From Nitrosopumilus maritimus SCM1 (lineage in GTDB: Archaea > Thermoproteota > Nitrososphaeria > Nitrososphaerales > Nitrosopumilaceae): a DNA stretch of 32,000 nucleotides. Positions 9,032-18,579 of this stretch are shown in pieces; the first letter of the stretch is position 1, and each line of letters begins with the position of its first letter. The DNA is taken from positions 30,001-62,000 of the forward strand of contig NC_010085.1 in assembly GCF_000018465.1 (NCBI RefSeq), read 5' to 3'. A program made the position numbers and the translations under genes. The notes under the pieces were generated by a model. The model saw only the letters and a list, made by a program, of their open reading frames with translations, had not been told where the DNA came from and searched no databases.

Positions 9032-10174
9032 ATGTCAGAAAACGATTCAATCAAACCACATGGTGGAGTACTAGTTAACAGAATTACAAATGTTGATCCT
9101 AGCGGATTATTCTCAATTACAATTTCTGAAGACTTGGCAAATGATGTTGAAAATATTGCAGATGGTATCTTTAGTCCCCTAGAGGGCTTTTTAGGCCAAC
9201 AAGACTTTGAGAGTGTTATATCAAGAGGAAGACTTGCAAATGATCTTGCATGGACCATTCCTATCGTATTAGACGTTGATGAAGAAACTGCAAATAAAAT
9301 GAAAGATGCAGTAGACGTACTATTGCAAAATCCAGATGGAATTGGTATTGCAGTATTACATGTTGAAGAAGTTTATACTTTTGACAAGGAAAAAACAGCT
9401 AAAGGAGTCTATGGCACTAATGATACAGCCCATCCAGGTGTAGCATACACAATGTCGATGAAAGATTTCCTAGTTGGTGGAAAAATTGATTTTATTCAAA
9501 GACCAAATGATACTGAAATTAGAAAAAATAGACTAACTCCAAAACAAACCAGAGAAGCATTTGCACAAGCTGGATGGAAAACTATTTGTGCATTCCAAAC
9601 TAGAAACCCTCCACACGTTGCACATGAGATGTTACAAAAGACATCAATTACAACAAGAGATGGAGTATTTGTAAATCCTGTAATTGGAAAGAAAAAATCT
9701 GGTGACTTTGTTGATGAAGTAATTGTAAAATGTTATGAAACAATGATCGAGCATTACTATGCAGAAAATAGATGTAAACTAGGAACTCTACATACTCAAA
9801 TGAAATATGCAGGACCAAAAGAAGCAATTCATCATGCAATCATGAGACAAAACTATGGTTGTACTCATATCATTATTGGCAGAGACCATGCAGGAGTTGG
9901 AAAATTCTATGATCCAATGGCAGCACAAGAAATCTTTTCAGATTATCCTGAACTAGATATTGCTCCAGTGTTCTTCCCTGCATTCTTTTATTGTAGAAAA
10001 TGTCTTACATACACAACTCCAAAGGCATGTCCACATGATAATGATGACAAAGAGCAAATCAGTGGAACTGCATTAAGAGAAATGATTCAAAACGGACAAG
10101 CACCTTCTCAATTTATCCTAAGACCTGAAGTTGCACAAGTAATTTTGGATCATCCAAAACCTTTTGTTGATTAG
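9032..10174 (+). CDS. sat: Sulfate adenylyltransferase (ATP sulfurylase)
   Basis: [25 protein letters not shown] and SGTALREMI are ATP sulfurylase signatures. Confidence 0.93.
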
Positions 10175-10205
10175 ATATTTATTCAATCAAACTTGCACTA
10201 GCTCC

Positions 10206-10871
10206 ATGAGATATCTATTTGCAGCAATTTTACTTTCTGGAATTTTTATTACTCCTGCGTTTGCTCAGGAAGTAAACCCTTCATTAATTATTGATGAAAT
10301 CGAGATTCCTGCTCAAGAATTTAATCGAGTTTTACGAGATGCTCCTGTTGTCCCTCTAGATGAGATTCATGCAGTCAGCTGGCAGGTAACAATTGATAAC
10401 AATCTCCTTTATGCAAATCCTGATGGAAATGCCGTCTTTAGACTCTATGATGCAAACTCTGAAGACGAATTCATTGAGGTTGGAATGGGTTCAATTCCTG
10501 ATAACAAATTCTGGGTAGCAGTCCAGACTCCAAAAGAAGGATACATTGTAGTTCATAGCGATTTGGAAAGAGGTTGGTATCCAGAAGCAAAGTCGATCAT
10601 CTCCTTTACAGATAGAGCAGGACTAACTGTCAATAACGGTGCAAGAATTGTCGTCACCAATTTGGATATTGGTGAATTTGCAATAGGTTCTTACTCTGTT
10701 CATGGAATGGAGGGCTCTACTGATCCTCCCGCAGCAAATTCCGGTAGTTTGATTTTGGAATTTCTTTCAGGTGATCCATCAAAGAATGCATTTGCAATGT
10801 TTCCATTTTATGTTGCAGCAGGAATTGGTGTTATAGTTGGAGTGTTGTTTCTAACTAAGAAGCGTTCTTAG
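10206..10871 (+). CDS. Exported/membrane-anchored hypothetical protein
   Basis: ORF 10164..10871; ATG at 10206 gives a signal peptide (MRYLFAAILLSGIFITPAFAQ) and a C-terminal TM segment with basic tail (FYVAAGIGVIVGVLFLTKKRS). Confidence 0.7.
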   Translation: MRYLFAAILLSGIFITPAFAQEVNPSLIIDEIEIPAQEFNRVLRDAPVVPLDEIHAVSWQVTIDNNLLYANPDGNAVFRLYDANSEDEFIEVGMGSIPDNKFWVAVQTPKEGYIVVHSDLERGWYPEAKSIISFTDRAGLTVNNGARIVVTNLDIGEFAIGSYSVHGMEGSTDPPAANSGSLILEFLSGDPSKNAFAMFPFYVAAGIGVIVGVLFLTKKRS

Positions 10872-11529
10872 ATTTGTAAAATTTGCAACTTCGCTTTATT
10901 TTACATACATCACACATTGGTGATATTGGTTTGCAAATGTTCTGACCATACATAACAAATGTGTCATTAATGTCAATCCAAAATTTCTTGTCAACTTTTT
11001 TCATTAATTCTTGTTCTGTTTCTTCAGGGTTTTTCGTTTCAACCAAACCTAATCTGTTTGAAATTCTATGAACATGAATGTCAACTGGAATTGCAGGTTT
11101 CTCAAATGCATAAACTAGCACACAGTTTGCAGTCTTTCGTCCTACTCCTGGCAATTGTACTAAAGTATCCAAATCTTCAGGCACTTTACCCTTGTATTTT
11201 GAATCAATAATCTTTGCAACTTCAATAATTCGTTTGGATTTGACATGATAGAATCCAATTGATTTGATAATTTTTTCAACATCTTTTAGTTTGGCATTTG
11301 CAAGTTGTTTTGGATTTTTGTATTTTGAGAATAGGACCTTGACTACTTTTGTTGTACTCTCATCTTTTGTTCTGGCAGAAAGTATGGTTCCAATCAAAAT
11401 ACTAAATGGACCAGTCTCAGCGTCGTGAAGATCTCGTAATGCAGTTATTCGTGGTGTCTTTACCGAGTTCATTGTATCCATCATTTTACTTAGAATTTTT
11501 TCCATTTTCATATGAAAAACTACGTACAA
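10855..11529 (-). CDS. nth: Endonuclease III / DNA glycosylase-AP lyase
   Basis: HhH LPGVGRKTANCVLVYAF, VDIHVHR, and 4Fe-4S cluster C-X6-C-X2-C-X5-C (CKPISPMCDVCKIKRSC). A start at 11511 or 11505 is possible. Convergent 17-nt overlap with the upstream gene. Confidence 0.93.
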   Translation of the reverse strand: MYVVFHMKMEKILSKMMDTMNSVKTPRITALRDLHDAETGPFSILIGTILSARTKDESTTKVVKVLFSKYKNPKQLANAKLKDVEKIIKSIGFYHVKSKRIIEVAKIIDSKYKGKVPEDLDTLVQLPGVGRKTANCVLVYAFEKPAIPVDIHVHRISNRLGLVETKNPEETEQELMKKVDKKFWIDINDTFVMYGQNICKPISPMCDVCKIKRSCKFYKSKNAS

Positions 11530-11560
11530 GTATTATAACTGTAAATCCAAATCAATCTCA

Positions 11561-12715
11561 TTGGAATTAACTAGAGAAGAAGAATCTGCACTAAAAGGTG
11601 AACAGGGTGAAATTATGCAAATGGCATACAGAATTCTTGTTGCAACCGGTGAGGCAACAGATGCAGAAAAACTAGTTCCAATTGAATGGACTCATCTATC
11701 TGGAGTAAATTATAACACAATAGGCGATGCAGGCGAAGAATTTCTTTCGAGTATTAGCAAAGATGCACGAGTCAAAGTAAAGACCACTCTTAATCCCATG
11801 GGATTTGACATTGATAATGTATCAAACTATGGATTAGATGAGAATTTTATATCAAAACAACTCTCTATTAGAAATTCATATGAAATAATGGGTGTTATTC
11901 CATCTTTTTCATGTATTCCTTACGAAATTTTTGAGATTCCAAAAGATGGAACTCAAGTTGCATTTGCAGAAAGCAATGCTGCAATTCATGCAAATTCTTA
12001 TGATAATTTGAAAACAAACAAAGAAAGTGCATTTAGTGCACTAGCTAGTGCATTAACTGGCAAGAGTCCTTACTCTTCACTACGAAAAGAAGATTCACCA
12101 AATGTAACAATTAGAATGAAAGTAAACGATCCAAATGAACTGACATATGGAATGTTAGGCTTCTTTGCAGGAAAAGTTGGAGATATTTCTGTAAATATTT
12201 CTGGTTTAGGTGAGATGGATAACCGTCAATGCAAGGCAATGTGTGGTGGAATGGGAACGTCTGGAACCTGTGCCAAATTTATCTTTGGAGAAGGTGAGTC
12301 TGATGCTGAGAAAATAGATTTTGATGAGAAAGCAATGCAAAATGTTTATGATGAGCTAAACACATCTGAGAAAGGGGATATCATTACACTTGGTAGTCCT
12401 CAACTAGGGTTAGAAGAAATTTCAGAACTAGCTGGAAAACTAAAGGGACGAACATTTGAGAAGAGATGTATGATATTTACTCCAAGAACTGTAAAAGAAC
12501 AAGCAAACAAAATTGGCTATACAAATGAATTAGAACGTGCAGGATGTGAAATTCTTTCTGACTGTTGTACATGTCTTACTCCGTTAATTAACAAAGAAAA
12601 TGTTGATGCTGTTACAACTAATAGCATCAAGGGTGCATTTTATCTAAAAAACTCTAATGGTGTTGGTGTAAATCTAAAATCATTATCGCAAATTATAGAA
12701 GATGAGACACGATGA
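11561..12715 (+). CDS. AcnX (aconitase X) large subunit, probable phosphomevalonate dehydratase large subunit
   Basis: DUF521/AcnX features: ALKGEQGEIMQMAYRILVATGE, PSFSCIPYE, FAESNAAIHANS, VxMCGGMGTSGTCAKF-like, SDCCTCLTPL, TTNSIKGAFY. Confidence 0.87.
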   Translation: MELTREEESALKGEQGEIMQMAYRILVATGEATDAEKLVPIEWTHLSGVNYNTIGDAGEEFLSSISKDARVKVKTTLNPMGFDIDNVSNYGLDENFISKQLSIRNSYEIMGVIPSFSCIPYEIFEIPKDGTQVAFAESNAAIHANSYDNLKTNKESAFSALASALTGKSPYSSLRKEDSPNVTIRMKVNDPNELTYGMLGFFAGKVGDISVNISGLGEMDNRQCKAMCGGMGTSGTCAKFIFGEGESDAEKIDFDEKAMQNVYDELNTSEKGDIITLGSPQLGLEEISELAGKLKGRTFEKRCMIFTPRTVKEQANKIGYTNELERAGCEILSDCCTCLTPLINKENVDAVTTNSIKGAFYLKNSNGVGVNLKSLSQIIEDETR

Positions 12716-13098
12716 AGGTTCTAGTTTCAGGAAAAGTTGAAGGTATTGTACTAAAATCAAAAGATGCAATTAATTTTCTAGGAACAGTTGACAAAAAAAC
12801 TGGAATTATTAGTGACAAAAATCATGATCTATATGACAAATCAATCAAAGATACGATTCTAGTTTTTCCTTCTGGTGTTGGAAGTAGTGTAGGTGCATAC
12901 ACAATTTATTCTATCAAATCAAATGGAACAGCACCACTTGCAATGATCTGTCAAAAAGCAGATCTGACTGTAGCTACTGGATGTGCACTAGCAAACATTC
13001 CACTCGTAGTTTTGCCTGATGAAGAATTTTCTTCAATAAATAACGGAATGAAACTATCCCTTGATACTGATGCTAGTCATCCTCTTCAGTATCAATGA
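12712..13098 (+). CDS. AcnX small subunit (DUF126), probable phosphomevalonate dehydratase small subunit
   Basis: GKVEGIVLKSKDAINFLGTVD...DTILVFPSGVGSSVGAYTIYSIKSNGTAPLAMIC; ATGA start/stop overlap with the large subunit gene. Confidence 0.87.
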   Translation: MKVLVSGKVEGIVLKSKDAINFLGTVDKKTGIISDKNHDLYDKSIKDTILVFPSGVGSSVGAYTIYSIKSNGTAPLAMICQKADLTVATGCALANIPLVVLPDEEFSSINNGMKLSLDTDASHPLQYQ

Positions 13099-15031
13099 AA
13101 TTTTGAATATCTGCTTCCCCTCTGTTAACATCTTTTACCTGGCTTTTTCCAGCAGGCATTACGCGAACAAATTCATCAATACTGATTTTTTTAGTAATTT
13201 CTTCATGAATTTTTGAGAATTCCAGCCTAATTTTCTTTGCAGCATCAACCATTTCGATTCCTTGTGGTTCAATTATTGCATAACAGATTGAATTTTTCTT
13301 GATTGTTTCAGGTGGGCCACATGTTAATGCATAGCCATCTTCTTGTGGAATTATCCCCACTGCTAGTTTGAGATTTCCACTTTTAATGAAATTTCTTTGC
13401 CCTTCAATTGTAAATGATCCTTTTGGAAGAAATTCTCCACTTGGAGCTGATTTTTTTACTTGATCGGGATTTACCCAATATGCACTAACACCGTACATTC
13501 CTTCTCTCCATGCACGACTAAAACAAACTGTTGCATGTGAAACTTCATTCATACTTGTATCAGGAACATTTTGTGCATCTTTGATAATAAAAAATGGAGA
13601 ACCAAAAATATCCCCATGGAAAATTTTATCATTCTTGTCCAAATGTTTTCTTACCACTGCAGAGTTTGATGCAGCATCTCTTCCACCAATCACTAAGAAT
13701 CCATCAGATGTGTAGAACCATCTATATCTTTCATACCAGTTCTTTTTTCTAATTTCAGAAACTAGAATCGTGTCTTTCTCAGATTCTGTTTTGTTTTGTA
13801 GTTTCTCTAATTTTTTTAAAGTCTTAGATTTTATTTCTTCAATAGAACTTATTGCACCTGATTGTTTTTTTGCCTCATTAAATAATGCAGATGCAATTGA
13901 TTGCAAAGACGCCTTTGTGTCTACCTTTATTTTCTCATCTTGAATAACAATTAGTGGAATCCCTTTTTCTGAAATCAATTTTGCATTGTTTGCTGTCATG
14001 ATTTCTTGTGCAGAACTATCTTCAATTGATAAAATCCCTTTTGAAATCATATCATAGAGTGAATTTGCTACATTTGTGATATTTTTTGACCTCTCTTTTA
14101 CTGTTTGAATGGCTTTTTCCTGCTCAGAAATCTGAGTTTCTAATTCTTTTATCTTCTTGTCTGAGCCACTAGTCTGAATTGATTTTCCTTTATCTACAAT
14201 ATTTTGTGTAAAAACAGTGTCAAGTCCTTCTATGAAGCTGTTTACTTTGGTAATCTCTCCTTCAATTTTTCCAAGTTGAATTGGAAGAACTTCTGTTTTT
14301 TCATTTCTTACTATGATAGGATCATGATTCTCTGAAACAATGTCTGATACGGTTTTCTTTGTTGTCTCAAAGATCTTTTCTATCTCTTCCTCAGTTAGAA
14401 GATTACCAATCTTTTTTGGATCAACATTTGCAATTTCAAAAATACCTTCTACATATTTTTTTGGCAAACCTAGAGTACGTCCAAACCATTTTGCCGCAAC
14501 CAATTCTGTTGTTTTGATATCTTCAAAATCCTTTTCTGCTAAATTGAAAATATCTAATCCACTTTGTGGGGGTTGAGCATATTCTAACCCCACACTTAGT
14601 TTTCTATGTCTTACATCTATTGAATGCTGCAATGCAAGAATTTTCATCTCATTGTTGCAAAGTAAAATATTTCCATCTCCAAAAAATTCACCTACTAAAA
14701 CAAACTCTTTTCCAAATCCTTCAAATCTAAAATATGCAATCCTTTCAGCACCAATTTGTTCGATCTTTTTTAATTTTAATCGAAGGAGATCACTTCTTAG
14801 TCTTTTGAGCAACTTATTTGGTTCAACTTGATCAATTTTTACTTCTGTTAACCAAACTCCTGAGGTAGAGATCATCATGAATAGATCACTTTTTTCAGTA
14901 TGATGTAATTTGAAGAGAATACTGTCTTTTGTTATTCCATAGATATTGCTGACATAGTAATCTTCGACTTGTTTTGAAATTTTATCAACTAAATATCGTA
15001 ATTCAATTCCTGATAATGCCATGCCTATCAT
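13073..15031 (-). CDS. rqcH: Ribosome quality control protein, Rqc2/NEMF/RqcH (NFACT) family
   Basis: N-terminal SGIELRYLVDKI..YYVSNIYGI; coiled-coil middle; NFACT-R block WYERYRWFYTSDGFLVIGGRDAASNSAVVRKHLDKNDKIFHGDIFGSPFFIIK. Start may be 15022 (MALSG). Confidence 0.88.
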   Translation of the reverse strand: MIGMALSGIELRYLVDKISKQVEDYYVSNIYGITKDSILFKLHHTEKSDLFMMISTSGVWLTEVKIDQVEPNKLLKRLRSDLLRLKLKKIEQIGAERIAYFRFEGFGKEFVLVGEFFGDGNILLCNNEMKILALQHSIDVRHRKLSVGLEYAQPPQSGLDIFNLAEKDFEDIKTTELVAAKWFGRTLGLPKKYVEGIFEIANVDPKKIGNLLTEEEIEKIFETTKKTVSDIVSENHDPIIVRNEKTEVLPIQLGKIEGEITKVNSFIEGLDTVFTQNIVDKGKSIQTSGSDKKIKELETQISEQEKAIQTVKERSKNITNVANSLYDMISKGILSIEDSSAQEIMTANNAKLISEKGIPLIVIQDEKIKVDTKASLQSIASALFNEAKKQSGAISSIEEIKSKTLKKLEKLQNKTESEKDTILVSEIRKKNWYERYRWFYTSDGFLVIGGRDAASNSAVVRKHLDKNDKIFHGDIFGSPFFIIKDAQNVPDTSMNEVSHATVCFSRAWREGMYGVSAYWVNPDQVKKSAPSGEFLPKGSFTIEGQRNFIKSGNLKLAVGIIPQEDGYALTCGPPETIKKNSICYAIIEPQGIEMVDAAKKIRLEFSKIHEEITKKISIDEFVRVMPAGKSQVKDVNRGEADIQNFIDTEEDD

Positions 15032-15125
15032 ATTTTTTATCTGAAATTATACCCTTGCTATGACGTGCTCAAATTTTGACCAAAGATATTAAACATGGTT
15101 TGCTTGAGACACGCTAGAAATTTAA

Positions 15126-15602
15126 TTGGCCAAATTCAAAAAGAAGAAATCAAAACCTACACCTGAGCCTGAGGACTCTAAGAAGGAAACTCCTCAAGAA
15201 GAGCCAGTTGATATTCCTGAAATAGAAAAATCTGAACCAGCTCCTGAACCATCAAAAGAACCTCAGATGAGTGAGGCTGAAAAAAGTGACAAGGATAGAA
15301 AATTAAACAAATTATTTTGGATGCGTGTTGCTCTTGCAGTTATTGCAGGTACTGCAGCTACTTTCATCTTTGAAGATATTGAAGGCGAGGATAGACGATG
15401 GGCATCCATTGGATTTATGATTATAGTATTCTTTGCAACAATTATTGTAGCTAAAGGAATGAAGATGCAATTACCATCATCAGACAGAAAGAAAATTGTT
15501 ACACAAGCAATTGGTAGCTATGTTTTCTTGTACTTGTTTACTTGGATTGTAACCTATACTCTAGTTCATTCTGGAAATATTTCTACTGGAATTAACATCT
15601 AG
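15126..15602 (+). CDS. Hypothetical membrane protein with charged, Pro/Glu-rich N-terminus
   Basis: TTG start; K-rich then P/E-rich low-complexity N-terminus followed by three hydrophobic segments. Confidence 0.6.
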   Translation: MAKFKKKKSKPTPEPEDSKKETPQEEPVDIPEIEKSEPAPEPSKEPQMSEAEKSDKDRKLNKLFWMRVALAVIAGTAATFIFEDIEGEDRRWASIGFMIIVFFATIIVAKGMKMQLPSSDRKKIVTQAIGSYVFLYLFTWIVTYTLVHSGNISTGINI

Positions 15603-15626
15603 TATACTACAAAAGGTGATAATCTA

Positions 15627-16217
15627 ATGTGGGATTACAAAACTCCTGGAATTCCTGATGAAGAGTTTGAGAGAACTGAAAAAGTTCCCATTACCAAAGA
15701 AGAAGTCAGAACTGTTCAAATTAGTAAAGCTCGACTAAAATCTGGACAAACTGTCTATGATATTGGCTGTGGTAGTGGTTCTATTTCTGTAGAAGCTGCA
15801 CTACAAATTGAATCTTCTGGAAAAATCATTGCAATTGATTATGATCAAAATGCAGTAGACTTGACAAAAAAAAATTTGGAAAAATTTGAACTTTCAAATG
15901 TTTCAGTAATACTTGGGAACGCTAAAGAAAAAATTTTAGAACTTGAAGAAGCTGATGCAATATTTGTTGGTGGCACTGGTGGTGATACCAAAGAAATTGT
16001 AGAGTTATCTGAAAAGAAACTAAAGATAGGTGGACGTATTGTTATTGGAATTATTCTCATTGAAACATTATACTCTGTATTGCAAGTGATGGATACATTA
16101 CAATTCAAAGATGTAGACATTACTCAAGTAACCATCTCTAAAAGCAGAAAAACCACTACTGGAACCATGATGCTAGCACGCAACCCTGTGACCATAATTT
16201 CAGCAACCAAAGCCTAA
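15627..16217 (+). CDS. cbiT: Cobalt-precorrin C15-methyltransferase (decarboxylating), CbiT
   Basis: DEEFERTEKVPITKEEVRTVQISKARL followed by SAM motif VYDIGCGSGSISVEAA; AIFVGGTGG. Confidence 0.88.
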   Translation: MWDYKTPGIPDEEFERTEKVPITKEEVRTVQISKARLKSGQTVYDIGCGSGSISVEAALQIESSGKIIAIDYDQNAVDLTKKNLEKFELSNVSVILGNAKEKILELEEADAIFVGGTGGDTKEIVELSEKKLKIGGRIVIGIILIETLYSVLQVMDTLQFKDVDITQVTISKSRKTTTGTMMLARNPVTIISATKA

Positions 16218-16252
16218 TCTAGCTTTTAATTGGGAGAAAATTTAGTCATTTC

Positions 16253-16975
16253 ATGCCTGGATTGATAGGAATTGGTGTTGGTCCTGGAGATCCTGAACTT
16301 CTTACAGTCAAGGCTGTAAAAGCAATCCAAGATGCTGACATTATCATGTGTCCTGCCTCAAAAGAAGACAGGCCTAGTATTGCATTATCTGTAGTTGATT
16401 CCCTCATTGATAAATCAAAGAATCAAGAGATTGTAAAGCTAATTTTTCCTATGACTAAAGACAAAGATGTCCTTGAAGAGACTTGGAAAAGAAATGCAAA
16501 GATTATGGCTGAAACTGTACAATCAGGAAAAAATGTTGTTTATCTAACAGTAGGTGATCCATTTTTGTATAGTACTTGGATATACATGCACAAAGATCTT
16601 ACTGAAAAATATCCTGAAATGAACATTAGTGTTATTCCTGGAATTGTTTCAATGTTTACATTTGCATCAAAAGTTGGTGTAAGTATAGCTGAAGGAGCTG
16701 AAAAAGTTGCAATAATTCCTTCTTGCTATGATTTGAGTAGTGTTAAAGAGATTGCAAAAAATTCAGAATCTATGATATTTCTAAAAGATGGTAGATATTT
16801 TGATCAAGTAATTGATGTTCTAAAAGAATCAGGATTCCCTGATAACTCTATTTTTGCAATTGGACAAGACTTGGGAACAGAAAATGAAATTATTAGAAAG
16901 ATGACTTTGGGTGAAGTAAATGATGATACATTAACTACAAAATACTTTTCAATCTTGGTGGTAAAACGTGTCTGA
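16253..16975 (+). CDS. cbiL: Precorrin-2 C20-methyltransferase, CbiL
   Basis: GIGVGPGDPELLTVKAVKAIQDADIIMCPAS, YLTVGDPFLYSTWIY, SVIPGIVSM; tetrapyrrole methylase family. Confidence 0.88.
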   Translation: MPGLIGIGVGPGDPELLTVKAVKAIQDADIIMCPASKEDRPSIALSVVDSLIDKSKNQEIVKLIFPMTKDKDVLEETWKRNAKIMAETVQSGKNVVYLTVGDPFLYSTWIYMHKDLTEKYPEMNISVIPGIVSMFTFASKVGVSIAEGAEKVAIIPSCYDLSSVKEIAKNSESMIFLKDGRYFDQVIDVLKESGFPDNSIFAIGQDLGTENEIIRKMTLGEVNDDTLTTKYFSILVVKRV

Positions 16976-17738
16976 TGTATTCTTTGTTGGTTGTGGACCA
17001 GGTGATCCTGAACTAATTACAGTTAAAGCAAAAAAACTAATTCAAAAAGCAGATGTTGTTGTTTATTCCGGTTCTTTAATTCCAGAACCCATTTTGAAAT
17101 TATGTAAAAAAGGAAAATTGTATGATGCAGCTGGAATGGTTAGAGAAGAAATTTTTGATGTGTTATACAAAAATGCAAAAAAAGACAAACTTGTTGTTAG
17201 ATTGCATGATGGTGATCCATCAATCTATGGTGCAATCAAAGAACAGATTGATAACCTTACAAAAAAAGGAATAAAATCTACAGTCGTGCCTGGAGTTACT
17301 GCATTTTTAGCCTCAGCAGCTGCTTTGGGAACCCAACTAACTCTTCCAGGAGTTACTCAAACAATTATTGTAACTAGAGCAGAATCTAGAACCAAAGTTC
17401 CAAAAAGAGAAAAAATTTCTGAACTTGCAAAACACAAATCCACTTTGATCTTTTACCTCAGTGTTCATTTGATTTCTGATTTAGTTAAAGAAGCAATTGC
17501 AGGTGGATACAAAAAGAAAACACCTGTTGCTGTAGTATATAGAGCAAGTTGGAAAGATCAAAAAATTATCAAAGGAACACTTGGTGACATTGCAAAGAAA
17601 CTCAAAGAAGAAAAAATTACAAGAACTGCTATTGTAATAATTAGTGATGTAATTGATCCTGAAACATATGAATATTCTAAACTATATGATAAAAAATTCA
17701 GTCATGGTTACAGAAAAGCTAAAAAGACAAAAAATTAA
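16968..17738 (+). CDS. cbiF: Cobalt-precorrin-4 C11-methyltransferase, CbiF
   Basis: VFFVGCGPGDPELITVKAKKLIQKADVVVYSGSLI, RLHDGDPSIYGAI, VVPGVTAFLASAAAL; 8-nt overlap with cbiL. Confidence 0.9.
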   Translation: MSDVFFVGCGPGDPELITVKAKKLIQKADVVVYSGSLIPEPILKLCKKGKLYDAAGMVREEIFDVLYKNAKKDKLVVRLHDGDPSIYGAIKEQIDNLTKKGIKSTVVPGVTAFLASAAALGTQLTLPGVTQTIIVTRAESRTKVPKREKISELAKHKSTLIFYLSVHLISDLVKEAIAGGYKKKTPVAVVYRASWKDQKIIKGTLGDIAKKLKEEKITRTAIVIISDVIDPETYEYSKLYDKKFSHGYRKAKKTKN

Positions 17739-18474
17739 CCTTGTTTTTAATTCCTATTTTTGATAATTTTAATTGAAATTCTTTTGTGTTTCCAGAAGTG
17801 AAAATTTTTAAAGAATTTTTTTTAGATTGTTTGTTTTTTATTTTGAAATAAATTTTTTGAGCTACAATATTTCCTGGATCAACAAATTGTATGTTTGGAA
17901 ATTCTTTTTCTAAATATTTTTTTAAAAATGGTAAATGTGTACTCGATAATGTAACAGCATCGATTTGATTTTCATTCAATATTTCTAATTTTTTTTTAAT
18001 GATCTTTTCACAATATTTTTTTTCTGTAAGAAATTTTCCTGATTCAACTAAATCTACAAGTTTTGTTCCATTAATTTTAAAAATTTTAAAAGACTTTGGG
18101 ATGTTTTCTTGAATGTATTTTGATAATCCTTTACTTTTTGTTGCCGATTCTGTTGCAAGTATCCCGATTTGTTTTGACTTTGTGATTTTTTTTGCTTCTT
18201 TTAGAGGTGGCTTTACAACAAAGATTCTATTTGTGCCTAAATCTAACATAAGGCTAGGCGTATTTGATGCAACAACTATGAAATCAGGAGAGAATTTTTC
18301 TAACAAATTGATAGATTTACGCATAATTCTTTCCAATTGAGCCTGAGATTTTTTGCCATAAGGGTAACTTTGCTGGTCTGCAAAGTAGATGATTTCAGAC
18401 TTGAATGCTTTTTGCATTTCTTTAATTATAGATAATGAGCCTAGTCCTGAATCAAAAACTGCAATTTTAGCCAC
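17719..18474 (-). CDS. Glutamate/aspartate racemase (MurI) family protein with both catalytic Cys replaced by Ser
   Basis: AVFDSGLGSLSIIKEM, SYPYGKKS, VVASNTPSL (canonical ACNTA) and LSSTHLPFL (canonical GCTHYPLL). Confidence 0.82.
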   Translation of the reverse strand: MAKIAVFDSGLGSLSIIKEMQKAFKSEIIYFADQQSYPYGKKSQAQLERIMRKSINLLEKFSPDFIVVASNTPSLMLDLGTNRIFVVKPPLKEAKKITKSKQIGILATESATKSKGLSKYIQENIPKSFKIFKINGTKLVDLVESGKFLTEKKYCEKIIKKKLEILNENQIDAVTLSSTHLPFLKKYLEKEFPNIQFVDPGNIVAQKIYFKIKNKQSKKNSLKIFTSGNTKEFQLKLSKIGIKNKVNFLSF

Positions 18475-18579
18475 AACATTATCAAAAGAATCTCAGAATA
18501 ATAGTTTGTTAGCTAATTTTACCCAAAAACTGATCTAAATTTACACCCGACATTAAGACTAAATTTCTAAATCCAAATC

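Noticed and set aside
8866-9258. 130-aa minus-strand ORF and the 75-aa ORF at 7620..7847
   Set aside because: Each overlaps coding sequence of cysH/sat or the ThiI-like gene on the other strand with no independent support.
15126-15200. Lysine/proline/glutamate-rich stretch as a tandem repeat
   Set aside because: Low-complexity charged N-terminus of a membrane protein; no unit repeats at the DNA level.
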